Source: Octopus vulgaris (Eukaryota). From it: DNA of 64,000 nt. Positions 40,216-50,740 of the stretch are shown here, one piece after another; within the stretch, counting starts at the first letter, position 1, and the number at the start of each line of letters is the position of its first letter. The DNA is taken from positions 12,338,001 through 12,402,000 of the forward strand of contig OX597831.1 in NCBI GenBank assembly GCA_951406725.2, in the 5' to 3' direction. A program made the position numbers and the translations under genes. The notes under the pieces were generated by a model, which saw only the letters and a program-made list of their open reading frames with translations, did no database searches and was not told the DNA's origin.

Positions 40216-40718
40216 TGTATATCTTCTGATTCTCCCATCACTAATTCAGCAAGAGCAATGAAGGCTATGCTTTGCTGATAAGACCATAATAAGATTGAAA
40301 CATGTTTAGAGTTTACTCCCATATCTTCTAAAATAATTAAATTTCCTGCTTATGGCATAATTCAGTAGTTATACATGTCAATCATGTTTAGTCCTCCCTT
40401 ACATTTGTATGCTGCGTGCACAGGTGTGTGTGTGTTGAGTTCACCTAAAGAGCCACAATGTTACTTATAGACAAGCTGTCAAAAACTATGAGGAAAATAT
40501 GTTTTTGATATTATATGAAATAGTCTGTATCTGCTATAATCCATATATCTTAATTATTTGAAAGATTTCTTAGTAACTAGATTTTTAGGAAGACGTCATT
40601 AAAAGTTTCCAGTCTCTTTCCTGAAGCTATGTATTTTTCTACAACACTGTATGTACACATTCTGAATCAAGCATTGTTTCATAATTATTTTTCTAAGCTG
40701 TTAGAGTGCATCGATGTT

Positions 40719-40755
<37 letters not shown>

Positions 40756-40759
<4 letters not shown>

Positions 40760-40980
40760 AGAAAGTGAAGATAATGCCAATTATTGTTGTGTCTTTGGGG
40801 AAAGTATCAGAAGGTATCAAGAGGAATATAAAGGAAATCGGAATAGAGTGCCCAGTAGAACTGTTACAAAGTGTTTGCCTCACTGCCAGAATAACCAAAA
40901 ATGTATTAAATAGTTGAAAAGAACAGATAGCATGGTGTATTTGGAAGGCCACTAAGGGTGTGTGTGGAACAAAAACTTGG
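40756..40980 (+). mobile_element. 5'-truncated R4/Dong-like (restriction-like endonuclease) retrotransposon 3' end adjoining (AAT)n
   Basis: 40756-40917 encodes KKVKIMPIIVVSLGKVSEGIKRNIKEIGIECPVELLQSVCLTARITKNVLNS*, resembling the RLE C-terminal V.PI.VG.LG.V...LQK..L..TARI.R.VL motif. Joined directly to an (AAT)n run. Confidence 0.7.
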
Positions 40981-41154
40981 GTTTGGTATGTATGTGTATA
41001 TGATATATATATACACAAAATATGGGGGTTCAGTTCACAGGTGACCTAAATGACTAGGTACACTAGGTAAGTGCTGTAACGGATTACCAAGGCTCCAGAG
41101 TTACAGCCAGGATGGTAGTTATGGAGCCATTGTAGATTTCCCATATAGCGGATG

Positions 41155-41401
41155 TATAATTGTTAAAGAGGACAACAAACGTAAAGGCAAGACAAACATC
41201 TCAAGTCATACACATTATTATTATTGGGAAAAATTGAAAGTCTTATGCTGTTTCTGGGATATCCCAGAGTATGGGATATTCCGTCATTAGAAATAAATAG
41301 GGAAAATCAGAAGGGTATGAATTGGATTTTTCCCAATAATAATAATGTATATGACTTGAGATGTTTGTCTTGCCTTAAAGTTTATTGACCTCTTTAACAA
41401 T

Positions 41402-41405
<4 letters not shown>
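41155..41405. mobile_element. Second Penelope-like foldback remnant with a decayed hammerhead in the loop (minus strand 41241-41293)
   Basis: ~80 bp inverted arms at 41155-41234 and 41326-41405. The loop reverse complement reads ttt-CTAATGA-c-GGAATATCCCA-tactc-TGGGATATCCC-a-GAAAC-agcataaga (core G5>A). Confidence 0.6.
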
Positions 41406-41449
<44 letters not shown>

Positions 41450-41453
<4 letters not shown>

Positions 41454-41771
41454 ATTTGGGGATGGTCGTGTTGCTAGTTCAGCCAATGAAAACGCATGCA
41501 CTATATATTTGGTGTTCACTTGCTTCAGCTTTATTTTATATTAATTGTAATTTGACCAGAGTTCTTTTGTCACACTTCTGTGATCTCATCAGAAAAAACA
41601 AAAAGAGAAACAAGAAAGCAAAGGACCACTGATGAGGTCACAGAAGTGTGACGAAAGAACTCTGGTCGAAATACAATTGATATAAAATAAAGCTGAAGCA
41701 AGTGAACACCAAATATATAGTGCGAGTGTTTTCATTGGCTAAACTGGCAACATGACCATCCCCAAATACAA
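41450..41771. mobile_element. Penelope-like inverted-repeat (pLTR) remnant, ~143 bp arms
   Basis: 41450-41592 is the reverse complement of 41629-41771 with scattered mismatches. It carries a hammerhead core and abuts a long (TA)n tract. Confidence 0.7.
41624..41667 (+). ncRNA. Minimal type I hammerhead ribozyme motif (Penelope-type), core apparently intact
   Basis: GACCA-CTGATGA-G-GTCACA(GAAG)TGTGAC-GAAA-G-AA-C-TC-TGGTC. Stem I is GACCA/TGGTC, the core is CUGAUGA...GAAA, stem II is 6 bp and stem III is vestigial. The CUC triplet predicts cleavage after 41662. There is one extra G between A9 and stem II. Confidence 0.7.
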
Positions 41772-41849
41772 CAGTATCTGTATCAACACAGGAATTCACA
41801 TCAAGAATCTTGCAAAATGAATACTTAAATGTATATATACATATATATA

Positions 41850-42040
41850 TATATGTATTGAATCCAAACAAGAAAAAACAATAACACAAGAACATGGTAC
41901 AAATACTGTATTATCAGATGCTCAGGAAAGGAAGGAAAGAGGATTTAATGTTTCAAGCCAGGCTCTTCTTCAGAAATAGAAGAAAGTCCAAAAGAAGGGA
42001 AGACAGAGGAAGAAAATCGCCAACAATACAGACGTGATTA
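41850..42040 (-). mobile_element. Third Penelope-like remnant with a hammerhead-like motif (41943-41977)
   Basis: The reverse complement reads ATTT-CTGAAGA-A-GAGC-CTG-GCTT-GAAAC-AT-T-AAAT. Stem I is AUUU/AAAU, CUGANGA and GAAA are intact, stems II and III are weakened. Flanked by (TA)n. Confidence 0.55.
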
Positions 42041-42177
42041 TATACATGTATGTATATACATAAAAATATGTATATGTTTATATATGATGTTGCTATTGCA
42101 GTTAAGTTCCTCATCAACCCCTAATCAAGCAGACCAATCATTTTAAGCAGTATTTATGATTTCAATACTTAATGAGT

Positions 42178-42541
42178 GTGGAGACGCAATGGCCCAGTGG
42201 TTAGGGCAGCGGACTCGCGGTCATAGGATCACGGTTTCGATTCCCAGACCGGGCGTTGTGAGTGTTTATTGAGCGAAAACACCTAAAGCTCCACGAGCTC
42301 CGGCAGGGGATGGTGGTGATCCCTGCTGTACTCTTTCACCACAACTTTCTCTCACTCTTACTTCCTGTTTCTTTTGTACCTGTATTTCAAGGGGCCGGCC
42401 TTGTCACTTTCTGTGTCACACTGAATATCCCCGAGAACTACATTAAGGGTGCACGTGTCTGTGGAGTGCTCAGCCACTTACACGTTAATTTCACGAGCAG
42501 GCTGTTCCGTTGATTCGGATCAACCATAACCGACGGAGTGC
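42178..42541 (+). mobile_element. tRNA(Arg-like)-derived SINE family D
   Basis: Clear tRNA-like head TGGCCCAGTGGTTAGGGCAGCGGACTCGCGGTC...GGTTTCGATTCCC. The body ends GCTCAGCCACTTACACGTTAATTTCACGAGCAGGCTGTT. Confidence 0.85.
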
Positions 42542-42669
42542 AAAGAGATTTAATGTGTACTTCCTCATTTTTATGATAGTGGGGTTGTTATTTCAGGGAG
42601 ATTTAACTGTTATTTCTTTTCATGTTAGTATATGTATATATTTGCAAATTATATATGTGTGTGTGTATA

Positions 42670-42950
42670 TGAAAGTACGTGGCCTAGTTGTTAGGGTTTT
42701 GCTCTTACGATTGCTAGGTCATGGGTTTGATTCCTATACTGGGTGGAGGATGTGGTCATTTCATGTTGTGCCAATCCCTCAGCCATAAATGAGTAACCCT
42801 GTGATGCACTAGCCTCTGGTCAGTGGGGAATGTTAGCCTGATGAGCTAGCCAGTGAGATGGCATCATTCGAAAGCTGAGGTAATGCAAAGCGCATTGTGA
42901 CTAGCAATGAATAACAACATCCAATGGTCTGGTCGATAACAGGATGTGAT
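42670..42950 (+). mobile_element. Another tRNA-headed SINE; a similar head occurs at 56230-56530 and 14853-15170
   Basis: GTGGCCTAGTTGTTAGGGT A box and GGTTTGATTCC B box. Confidence 0.6.
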
Positions 42951-43224
42951 ATGTGTGTGTGTGTGTTTGTGAGGTGTGCATGTGCATGTATGTGTGTAAC
43001 TGTAATTATTCTTATGTGAAATTCCATACAAATTTTACTTTACCAAATCGAAAAAAGAAAATTTTAACAATAAGTGGTAGGTAGCCATGTTTTCTTGTAT
43101 TATGTGTAGATGTATCTATCAGTATATCTATTTCTATGGCGTGTGAGTCTAACACATGTATACGTAAGAGATTATTTGTGAAATAGTAATTTAAACAGAA
43201 TCTCTAATAGTGGTTGGATTAGTG

Positions 43225-43273
<49 letters not shown>

Positions 43274-43295
43274 TACACACACATATGTATGTATA

Positions 43296-43356
<61 letters not shown>

Positions 43357-43901
43357 CAACAGTAGGGTGTTATAAATCTGTAATATTCCCCTGTATATAA
43401 TACAATGGCTGACATTATGAAGAAGAAAGTATTGTTGTAACTGATGTAGATGTCATAGGGAGCCTGCAAGGAGGGTCACATATGTTGCTGATGAATGAGA
43501 TATCGAGAAGAAAAACAAGAATGCATGCAGGGTTTGGAAGCAAATATTTTCTTAACATTCACAAATATAAGAAAAATATTTTTAAAAAAGAGAAAATGAT
43601 GTAAGAAAAAAATCCCCAACAAAATGGGAGATACAACTCCGGCGATAAAGTTATTTACCAACTTATCTTCTGAAAATATCTTTGAATATTTGGGAAACAA
43701 ACATCTTAAGCATCTTTCGAATAAATGTTTATGACTGAGTTGTTTAGAAGTCGATTTCCAAACTGTTTGCTCTCAGGTTCAGTTCCACTGCGTACCATCT
43801 TGGACAAGCATCTTCTACTACAGCCCAAGGTTTACAGCCTGTGTGGATTTGGTAAAAGGAAACTGAAAGAAGCCCATTATGTATGGGTGTGCATGTGTGT
43901 A

Positions 43902-43930
<29 letters not shown>

Positions 43931-43934
<4 letters not shown>

Positions 43935-44177
43935 AATGGGAGAGGCTGGCTTAAGGGATTACCCTGGATTTTCCATCCATAAAGGATTTAGCTTTATGGC
44001 GTATCGTCAGACCTCCAAAACTTGTTGGCCTAAGACCTCTTCAAAATATGGTGGTGGGGAAAGCCTTGCTACGGTGAACTATGGGAGATTACCTCCTTTC
44101 ACCATTGGCTATCGACTTCTGGCTTTATGGATGGGAAACGCAGGGTAATCACCTAAACCGGCTTCCCTCATTGAAAT
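43931..44177. mobile_element. Foldback/MITE-like element with ~54 bp terminal inverted repeats
   Basis: 43931-43984 is the reverse complement of 44123-44177 (GATTACCCTG..TTT.CCATCCATAAAG core). Confidence 0.7.
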
Positions 44178-44500
44178 ATATACTGCTCTACATCTTAGAG
44201 TATGCATCATTGGATTTATGTTTTCTACAAATGATATACATATATATATACACAGACGGAGAGTGAACATACTACTATCATGTTCTTAAGAATGAAATCA
44301 ACCTCTCTGTCTATACATCTACCCTCTTTATAATGTTGGCAAATGAAATAGGGATAAGAATGTGCATTGTCCGGTTAATTGTAAAATTCTATAAGAGGCT
44401 GAAGATTGCTCAACATTTTAAAACTTACAGTGTTTAATAAAATGAAGTAGCATGAAACAATTGTACCACTCTACCTTGGACATACTTGTTGCTTATTTTG

Positions 44501-44561
<61 letters not shown>

Positions 44562-45392
44562 TAATTTGGGAAAATGAATGGGATGCTGGTCCATTGCAAG
44601 TGAGCTGCTAGATGCAGGAGGAAAGAGTGAGAGAAAAGAGTCAGCAGAAGTTTGCAATTACCTTCTGCCAGAGCAACATGGAGCTTAGATGTTTTGCTCA
44701 TAAACACACACATCATCTGGTCTGAGATTCAAACCCGCGATAACTGATCTAACCACTAGGCCTTGTGCCTCCACATTCTAATTAATTAATTTATATTAAT
44801 TTCAATTGATTATTCCAATTAATAATATTAAACCAATTGTCTAGAAAATAATTATATATTCTTGTTGATTAGTTGACGAAGAAAGAAACGAGTTATATTT
44901 TGCTGAACTTTTGATTAACTCTTCTTGTCTCTGTCCCACGCACTGAATGAATCAGGATCTCATTAGCTACCTCATGCTGCATCCTAATTAAATGCAGTCC
45001 TAATTCAGCTTTACTTTCCTCTTTTCTCCTACTACACATCTCAAATTTCCTCACTCATCTTCCTTATTTCTGTTTCTCAATTAATTTTGTTACTTTCAGA
45101 TATGTACATTCTTTTCTCTCTGGTTTCATATAAATACAAGTAAATTTTATAGGTTTATGGATTGATTCTCATTACACTATAAAACTTTGAGGAAAATTAT
45201 CACCAATTCTCTGTAACAGTAATAATTAAAGAAGGTGTTGATTAACAAGTGTTTCTATTGCCTTTGAGATGTTGGAAACATGAGTGATACATTATCAGTT
45301 TGCAGAGGGAAAGAAATTTCTCTTTCCAAGGGTGGCACATACTGCAGCATGTTCCTAAAGACTGGGAATATATTTCTTTAAAGAGAGAATTT

Positions 45393-45577
45393 ATAAGCCT
45401 TTTGTTATCTGGTTCAATTAATTTTGAAAATAACAAAGAATTTAGTAAAATAAATTTGTCGTTATTAAACTGGTGGTCAGATCATTAAGTAACATGAAGT
45501 TTTCATTTGAACCACTTTAAAACAAGAAATTTATATCATACAACCAGGGTGTCTCATGTGGTTTGGTACCAAAAGGG
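45393..45577. mobile_element. Diverged copy of the piggyBac-type MITE at 36600
   Basis: Shared internal block and ...TTTGGTACCAAAAGGG end. Confidence 0.6.
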
Positions 45578-46814
45578 ATGAAAGACTCAGGGTGACAACA
45601 GGAGAAACTCTGGAGTGCCCCATGTCAGGGTAATTGAAAGGGCAGTGTCAGGGCTAAGGTGCCTACTGCATTTATCAATGAGTTTCTATTGCGGATGCAT
45701 GTCGTGGCAAACCCTATGGATATAAGAAGAACTTGGGAGGAGATTTATGGAATCCATGTAGTATAGAGTTGAAAGTCCAACTAGCAATAAATATAAAAGT
45801 TATTTCAAATAAAATATTGATAACAGAAACCACCTTGGCTGAGGAGTGTTCAGTAGGGAGATTTGGAAAATTTGGTGGAGATCCTTTCGATTAGGAATCA
45901 AACAGATTAGCTGTGATGTTGGAAAGGGGGATATCTGACAGGCTGTGCAACACATGAAGATGCCTTTTGTGTTTTTGATAGTTATCGTGCAGGCATTGCA
46001 ATGGTGAGTAAAAGTTCCCCGGTTCCAGGCAGTGGTTTAATCATCTCCTGCAATGTAGGCAGATGAAACCCTTAGCAGGCATAAGGGGGTAGCTACTGGA
46101 ACTTTTTGTTGCTGAAATCCAAATGAGCAAGGCGAGTAAAAGAATGGGGATGAGAGAGATCTACAAAAGGGAAAAAGCTATCTTTTGAGAGTGAATATAA
46201 AGTATATTTTTGATAATAGATGATAATGGAGATAAGAAGGAAAGATATTTGTATCTCAAAGAAAAATAAAATGAAATATTTCTCAGAGGAATATAAAATG
46301 TATGGTTTGCATATTTGTGTAGAGCAGGGAGAGTTGTACATGTTGGGAAATAGTGAAAATAAAAATGTTGATAATTCTAATTTAAAACAAGCAGTAAAAA
46401 TATAAATCTTCTTGCCTAACGTAAAAACAATCCCATAAAAAAAAGACTGTTTATTTTAAGCAAGTAATTATTTTGCAGGAAACATTAAATTAATATTGAT
46501 AGAATTAGTTACTGCCTGCTTGTCTATCGATAATTGTATAGAATGGGGAGAATTGTCCTAGTTAAGAAGTTGTGGTAATCCGAATGTTGATAATTTTGGC
46601 TGACGTCACGAGTAAAATATACGATAAATCTTGACTTCGCCGTGTGTAAAGAAAACAACAAGTCCATAAAAAATTTATTTTAAGCAACTCATTATTCCAC
46701 AGGAAACATTGAAACTACTATTAACAGAACTAGTTAGTAACTACTTATATTCTAACACTCAGACTTATTCAGTTGACTATATTTAAAGATAAAGTAGTAC
46801 AGAGAATCACTTAC

Positions 46815-46889
46815 CTTTTCTAATATCCCCATACACTCTTTATGTGCAACAATTTTACAAGCAACACACTTTTTCCTTGGACCAGATTT
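46815..46889 (-). CDS. DGKZ: Internal coding exon (75 nt, phase 0-0) of a type IV diacylglycerol kinase (DGK zeta/iota, rdgA-like); C-terminal half of the first C1 domain
   Basis: The minus strand reads ttgttTACTAATtttctttttcttgttttAG|AAATCTGGT...TTAGAAAAG|GTAAGT, giving branch point, polypyrimidine tract and canonical AG/GT. It translates to KSGPRKKCVACKIVAHKECMGILEK, matching the type IV DGK motif KS..RRKCAACKIVVH..C...LEK (recalled, not searched). Zeta versus iota cannot be resolved. Confidence 0.93.
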
Positions 46890-47045
46890 CTAAAACAAGA
46901 AAAAGAAAATTAGTAAACAATGGAATAATAAACAGTTTTGAAAAAACTACCATAGCTTAAATCAAAACAGTTAACTATCATCCAACTATAGACATCTTCC
47001 CATTCTAATGGGCTTGCATGTGTGTGTGTGTGTGTGTGTCTGTTA

Positions 47046-47260
47046 TCTTTTAGATGTTTCACTCATTTGACTGTGGCCATGCTGGGGCACCACCTTGAAG
47101 AATTTTTAGTTAAATGAATTGACCCCACTACTTTTATTTAAAGGCCTGGTACTGATACAATTGGTGTTGAACCACTAAGTTATGGGGACATAAACACACT
47201 AACACCACTTGGCAAGAAGTGGTGGCAGACATAGACACAAAAACGCACATACACACACAC

Positions 47261-47294
<34 letters not shown>

Positions 47295-47478
47295 CCATGG
47301 AAGGCAGATGTTATATATATATATATTATACAATAAGGTTCTTTTAGTTTTTGTCTACCAAAACCACTCACAAAGCTATGGTCAGCCCAAGACTATAAAA
47401 GAGGATGCCCAAGGTATCACACAATGGGACTGAACCCAGAACAATATGGTTAAGAAGCTAGCTTCTTACCACACAACC
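47046..47478 (-). mobile_element. SINE family A, diverged, ~160 nt from the DGK exon acceptor
   Basis: Collinear family motifs. Confidence 0.75.
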
Positions 47479-47573
47479 AGTGAGATACCCTATGGAGAGC
47501 TCAACTGTTTCATGGTCTAGTTGATATCAACTTCATCCAAGAAATAGATGAGCTTTCCATAGAGATCCTCACT
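47479..47573. repeat. 95-bp imperfect palindrome
   Basis: AGTGAG..CTATGGAGAGCTCA..AGTTGAT|ATCAACT..TGAGCTTTCCATAG..CTCACT. Confidence 0.75.
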
Positions 47574-48133
47574 ATCAAGATAATGAATGCACTATATCAA
47601 TTGTGTACTGAGACCTCATTTTAAATCTAATCTTCCTATATCTATACTTGTCATATTCCATACATATATAACATAAAGTCAAGAGGTGTGAAAAGTGAAG
47701 ATGAGTATATTTTTTATATGAATACCATATGATTACATATGTTTTGTAACCTTCTTGGACCATAGATGTAACCATGATGCTCTGGTCATCTAATGGGTTA
47801 GCTATAATTGTATCCTATAATTCTGAGCATACATACTGATGCAAATATGTATAATTCTGCATATCAAATTAACAATATTATGAAGGTTATGAAACAGCTG
47901 TAATCATATGGAAATCATATGGATAAATAAACTCCTTGCAAAAATGTTCATCTTTAAGATCTGGATTTTCATTACAAGGACATATTATATCATATTACAT
48001 GGTAAATGATTGCTATGTAAACTAATAGCCAATTCTGTATGGGGAGCTCCCTGTGATAGCTGCATGATTATCTGAATCCATATTTTGTACTACATTTTAT
48101 AAATACACACACACATACACACACACACATATA

Positions 48134-48920
48134 GGTGTGGCCAGGTGGGAAGAAGGTTGCTTCTCAACCACATGGTTCCAGATTCAATCTCACTGCATGG
48201 TACCTTGGACAAGTGCCTTCTACTACAGCCTTCAAGCCAACCAGAGCCTTGTCAGTAGATTTGGTAGATGGAAACTGAAAGAAGGCTGTTGTGTGTGTGT
48301 GTGTATACATATATATATATATATATATATATTGGGTCATCCCATAAATAATGTGGTGTTTTCAATTGCATGAACTAAAAGTCAGAGGGAGATGGGATAA
48401 ACTACCTACATCGACTTGCTATAAATGCAGGTAGTAATTTTACCTCGTACTTATTCTTAGTACAAGTTTTCAAGAGTGCAGTTCAATTTTAACAGTTATT
48501 TATTCAAAGCAATAATGAAAGTGTCAAAGGAGCATATTCAGCATAATTTGCTTTATGAGTTCAATAAAGGCAACAATGCAATGGAAAGTGTAAGAAATAT
48601 TACTGCAGTATATGAGGATAAGACAATAAGCATAAGCCAGTGTCAATAGTGGTTCTAGAAATTCCAAGCTGGAAACTACAGCCTAGAAGACAAGCCTTGT
48701 CCTGGAAGATCTGTAGAGCTCAATGAGGACATCTTGCAAACCCTGTTGGAACAAAATCCCATTGTAACTGTTGAGGAACTAGCAGAGAAGTGGTTTGGCT
48801 AAAGAGACCAATAGAATAAGTATCAGGCTTAAAAAGGAAAGTACTAGGGCCAGTATATTTGAGTTCTTCAATGTGGTGCCCCAGCATGGCCACAGTCTAA
48901 TGACTGAATCAAATGAAAGA
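48134..48920 (+). mobile_element. SINE family A split by the mariner fragment
   Basis: Head and body at 48134-48330; the tail resumes at 48791 (GGTTTGGCTAAAGAGACCAATAGAATAAGTA). Confidence 0.75.
48332..48790 (+). mobile_element. Mariner transposon 5' fragment (TIR + pseudogenised transposase N-terminus) inserted in the (TA)n of a SINE
   Basis: TA|TTGGGTCATCCCATAAATAATG TIR. From ATG 48515: MKVSKEHIQHNLLYEFNKGNNAMESVRNITAVYEDKTISISQCQ*WF*KFQAGNYSLEDKPCPGRSVELNEDILQTLLEQNPIVTVEELAEK, a mariner HTH with a GRP-like linker and in-frame stops. Confidence 0.9.
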
Positions 48921-49004
48921 TAATATATCATCATTGTTTAACATCTGTCTTGTATGCATGGGTAGGAAAGTTGGCAAGAACCTGCCAGGTAGAAGACTAT
49001 CTGA

Positions 49005-49045
<41 letters not shown>

Positions 49046-50344
49046 ATTGGTCTTAATGAGCAGTGGTACGGAAAATACATAAAGTGCAACTGAACCAAGA
49101 GTTTGCTCATTAGTCAGCAATTTGAACAATTTACAATAATCATGTAACAAGATTGTAGTTGTGTAAGATGGGTGGAACAAATATTGCAAGGGACTTCCTT
49201 TGATAGCACATCTTCACTGGTTTCCTCTCTAATATACATTACCAAAGCACACACACACACACACACACACACACTGTTCTGCCTCCGTCCACCCAATCCC
49301 TCTTTGGTCAATCCAAACACTGCAGTAATGGAAACTTATGACTTTTAAAATCTATATTGTAACATGTACCACTTTTATATTATCATCCTTTCACATAATT
49401 ATCAGGTCATATACGTCACACAACGTGGCATGACGAAGATAAACATTTCTATTCGTTACAGTACTTTCTCAGCTAATCTGTAATTTTTCATTGTCTGTTT
49501 ACTAAACAGACGTGTTTTTGTTGTTTTATTGTTCTTTTTTTTTTTCATTGTTTAATGTTTAAAATTTATTTTATTTATTTTTAGCTATCTCTCCTTCATC
49601 TTTGGTCTGTCTCAAGAGACAAAGTTAAAAGCTTGCTTAGAAAATCTGGCTGTATCTAAGCTCAGTACACGAAAACCTAACGTTATCATTGCAAATGGAG
49701 TTGTACGTATCTGTAATTCTGTTGATGCAGTTGTTGTTGTTGAAGCTGCTTTGTCTAAGCTTTGAGCAGACTTACTAACGAAAAACTCACTAACCATGAC
49801 CACCCCAGCTTTTACTCTATGCAGTGTATCTACAACTGAATTATTCAATATGAATTTATATATATTTCGTTTATGGATTTGGTTTGCAAAATCTTTACGT
49901 GAGTTCGTGTATTGAAGCATATTCTGCTGTGTCTGGGGAGAGTCATTTTCTTCTTGTGCCTTATAATATAACACACTCACTGGTAAAATTTCCACTTTTT
50001 CTTCTTATTTTTATATATATATTAAATTATAGAGTATGATTTGAAGAAGATCTGGTTGTTATTTCTAGCAATTGCATAAATTTATTGGTTTGAATTAATC
50101 CTTGTCATTATGGCTGTTTAGTTCCAAGTCAGTTCTGATTGAGCAGATTCATGGTTAAAGATGTTCCTGCTGTAACCATCCTATATTTTTGTAATAGTTA
50201 CAAGCATTACATTCTGCAATGTGTCCTTCCATTCTCATAAAGGTTATCCTTCAGTAAAGGATTTAGCTGCTAGTTTTAACAGATTGAGTAACCACAAGGA
50301 GGCTCACTCCTCATGTTGGTCTGTTTGGTATTAATTAAAAGTAT

Positions 50345-50740
50345 TCTTTTATTCTTTTACTTGTTTCAGTAATTTGACTGTGGCCCTTCGCTTATTTTTT
50401 TTTAAAGCCTAGTACTTATTCTATCAGTCTCTTTTGCCGAACTACTAGGTTATGGGGATGTAAACATACCAGCATTGGTTGCTATGCAGTATTGGTGGTG
50501 AGGGACAAACACTGACACAAAGACACACACACATATATTTATATATATGGCAGATGGAAAGTGGAATATATGTGAATTGGTTTGAATTTTATGTATACAC
50601 AACAGGCTTCTTTCAGTTTCTGTCTACCAAATCCATTCATAAGGCTTTGGTTGGCCAAGGCTATAGAAGAAGACACTTGCCTGAGTGAGACTGAACCTGG
50701 AACCATGTGGTTGGGAAGCAGTCTTCTTACCACACAGCCA
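50345..50740 (-). mobile_element. SINE family A
   Basis: Collinear family motifs. Confidence 0.75.

Larger units (their letters stand above)
10602..46814 (-). other. ~36.2 kb GT-AG intron of the DGK gene
   Basis: Bounded by the GTAAGT donor at 46814 and the CAG acceptor at 10602. The two flanking exons are consecutive in the family protein sequence. Confidence 0.85.

Noticed and set aside
42178-42255. tRNA gene
   Set aside because: The acceptor stem does not close and the sequence continues into a SINE body, so it is a SINE head.
42838-42885. CTGATGAG...GAAA as another hammerhead (also CTGATGA at 53412 and 23771)
   Set aside because: No stem II or stem I pairing can be formed.
49612-49995. 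127-aa minus-strand ORF
   Set aside because: It starts at a non-ATG codon, spans a family F-like fragment and a (GTT)n run, and has no DGK motif or convincing splice pair.
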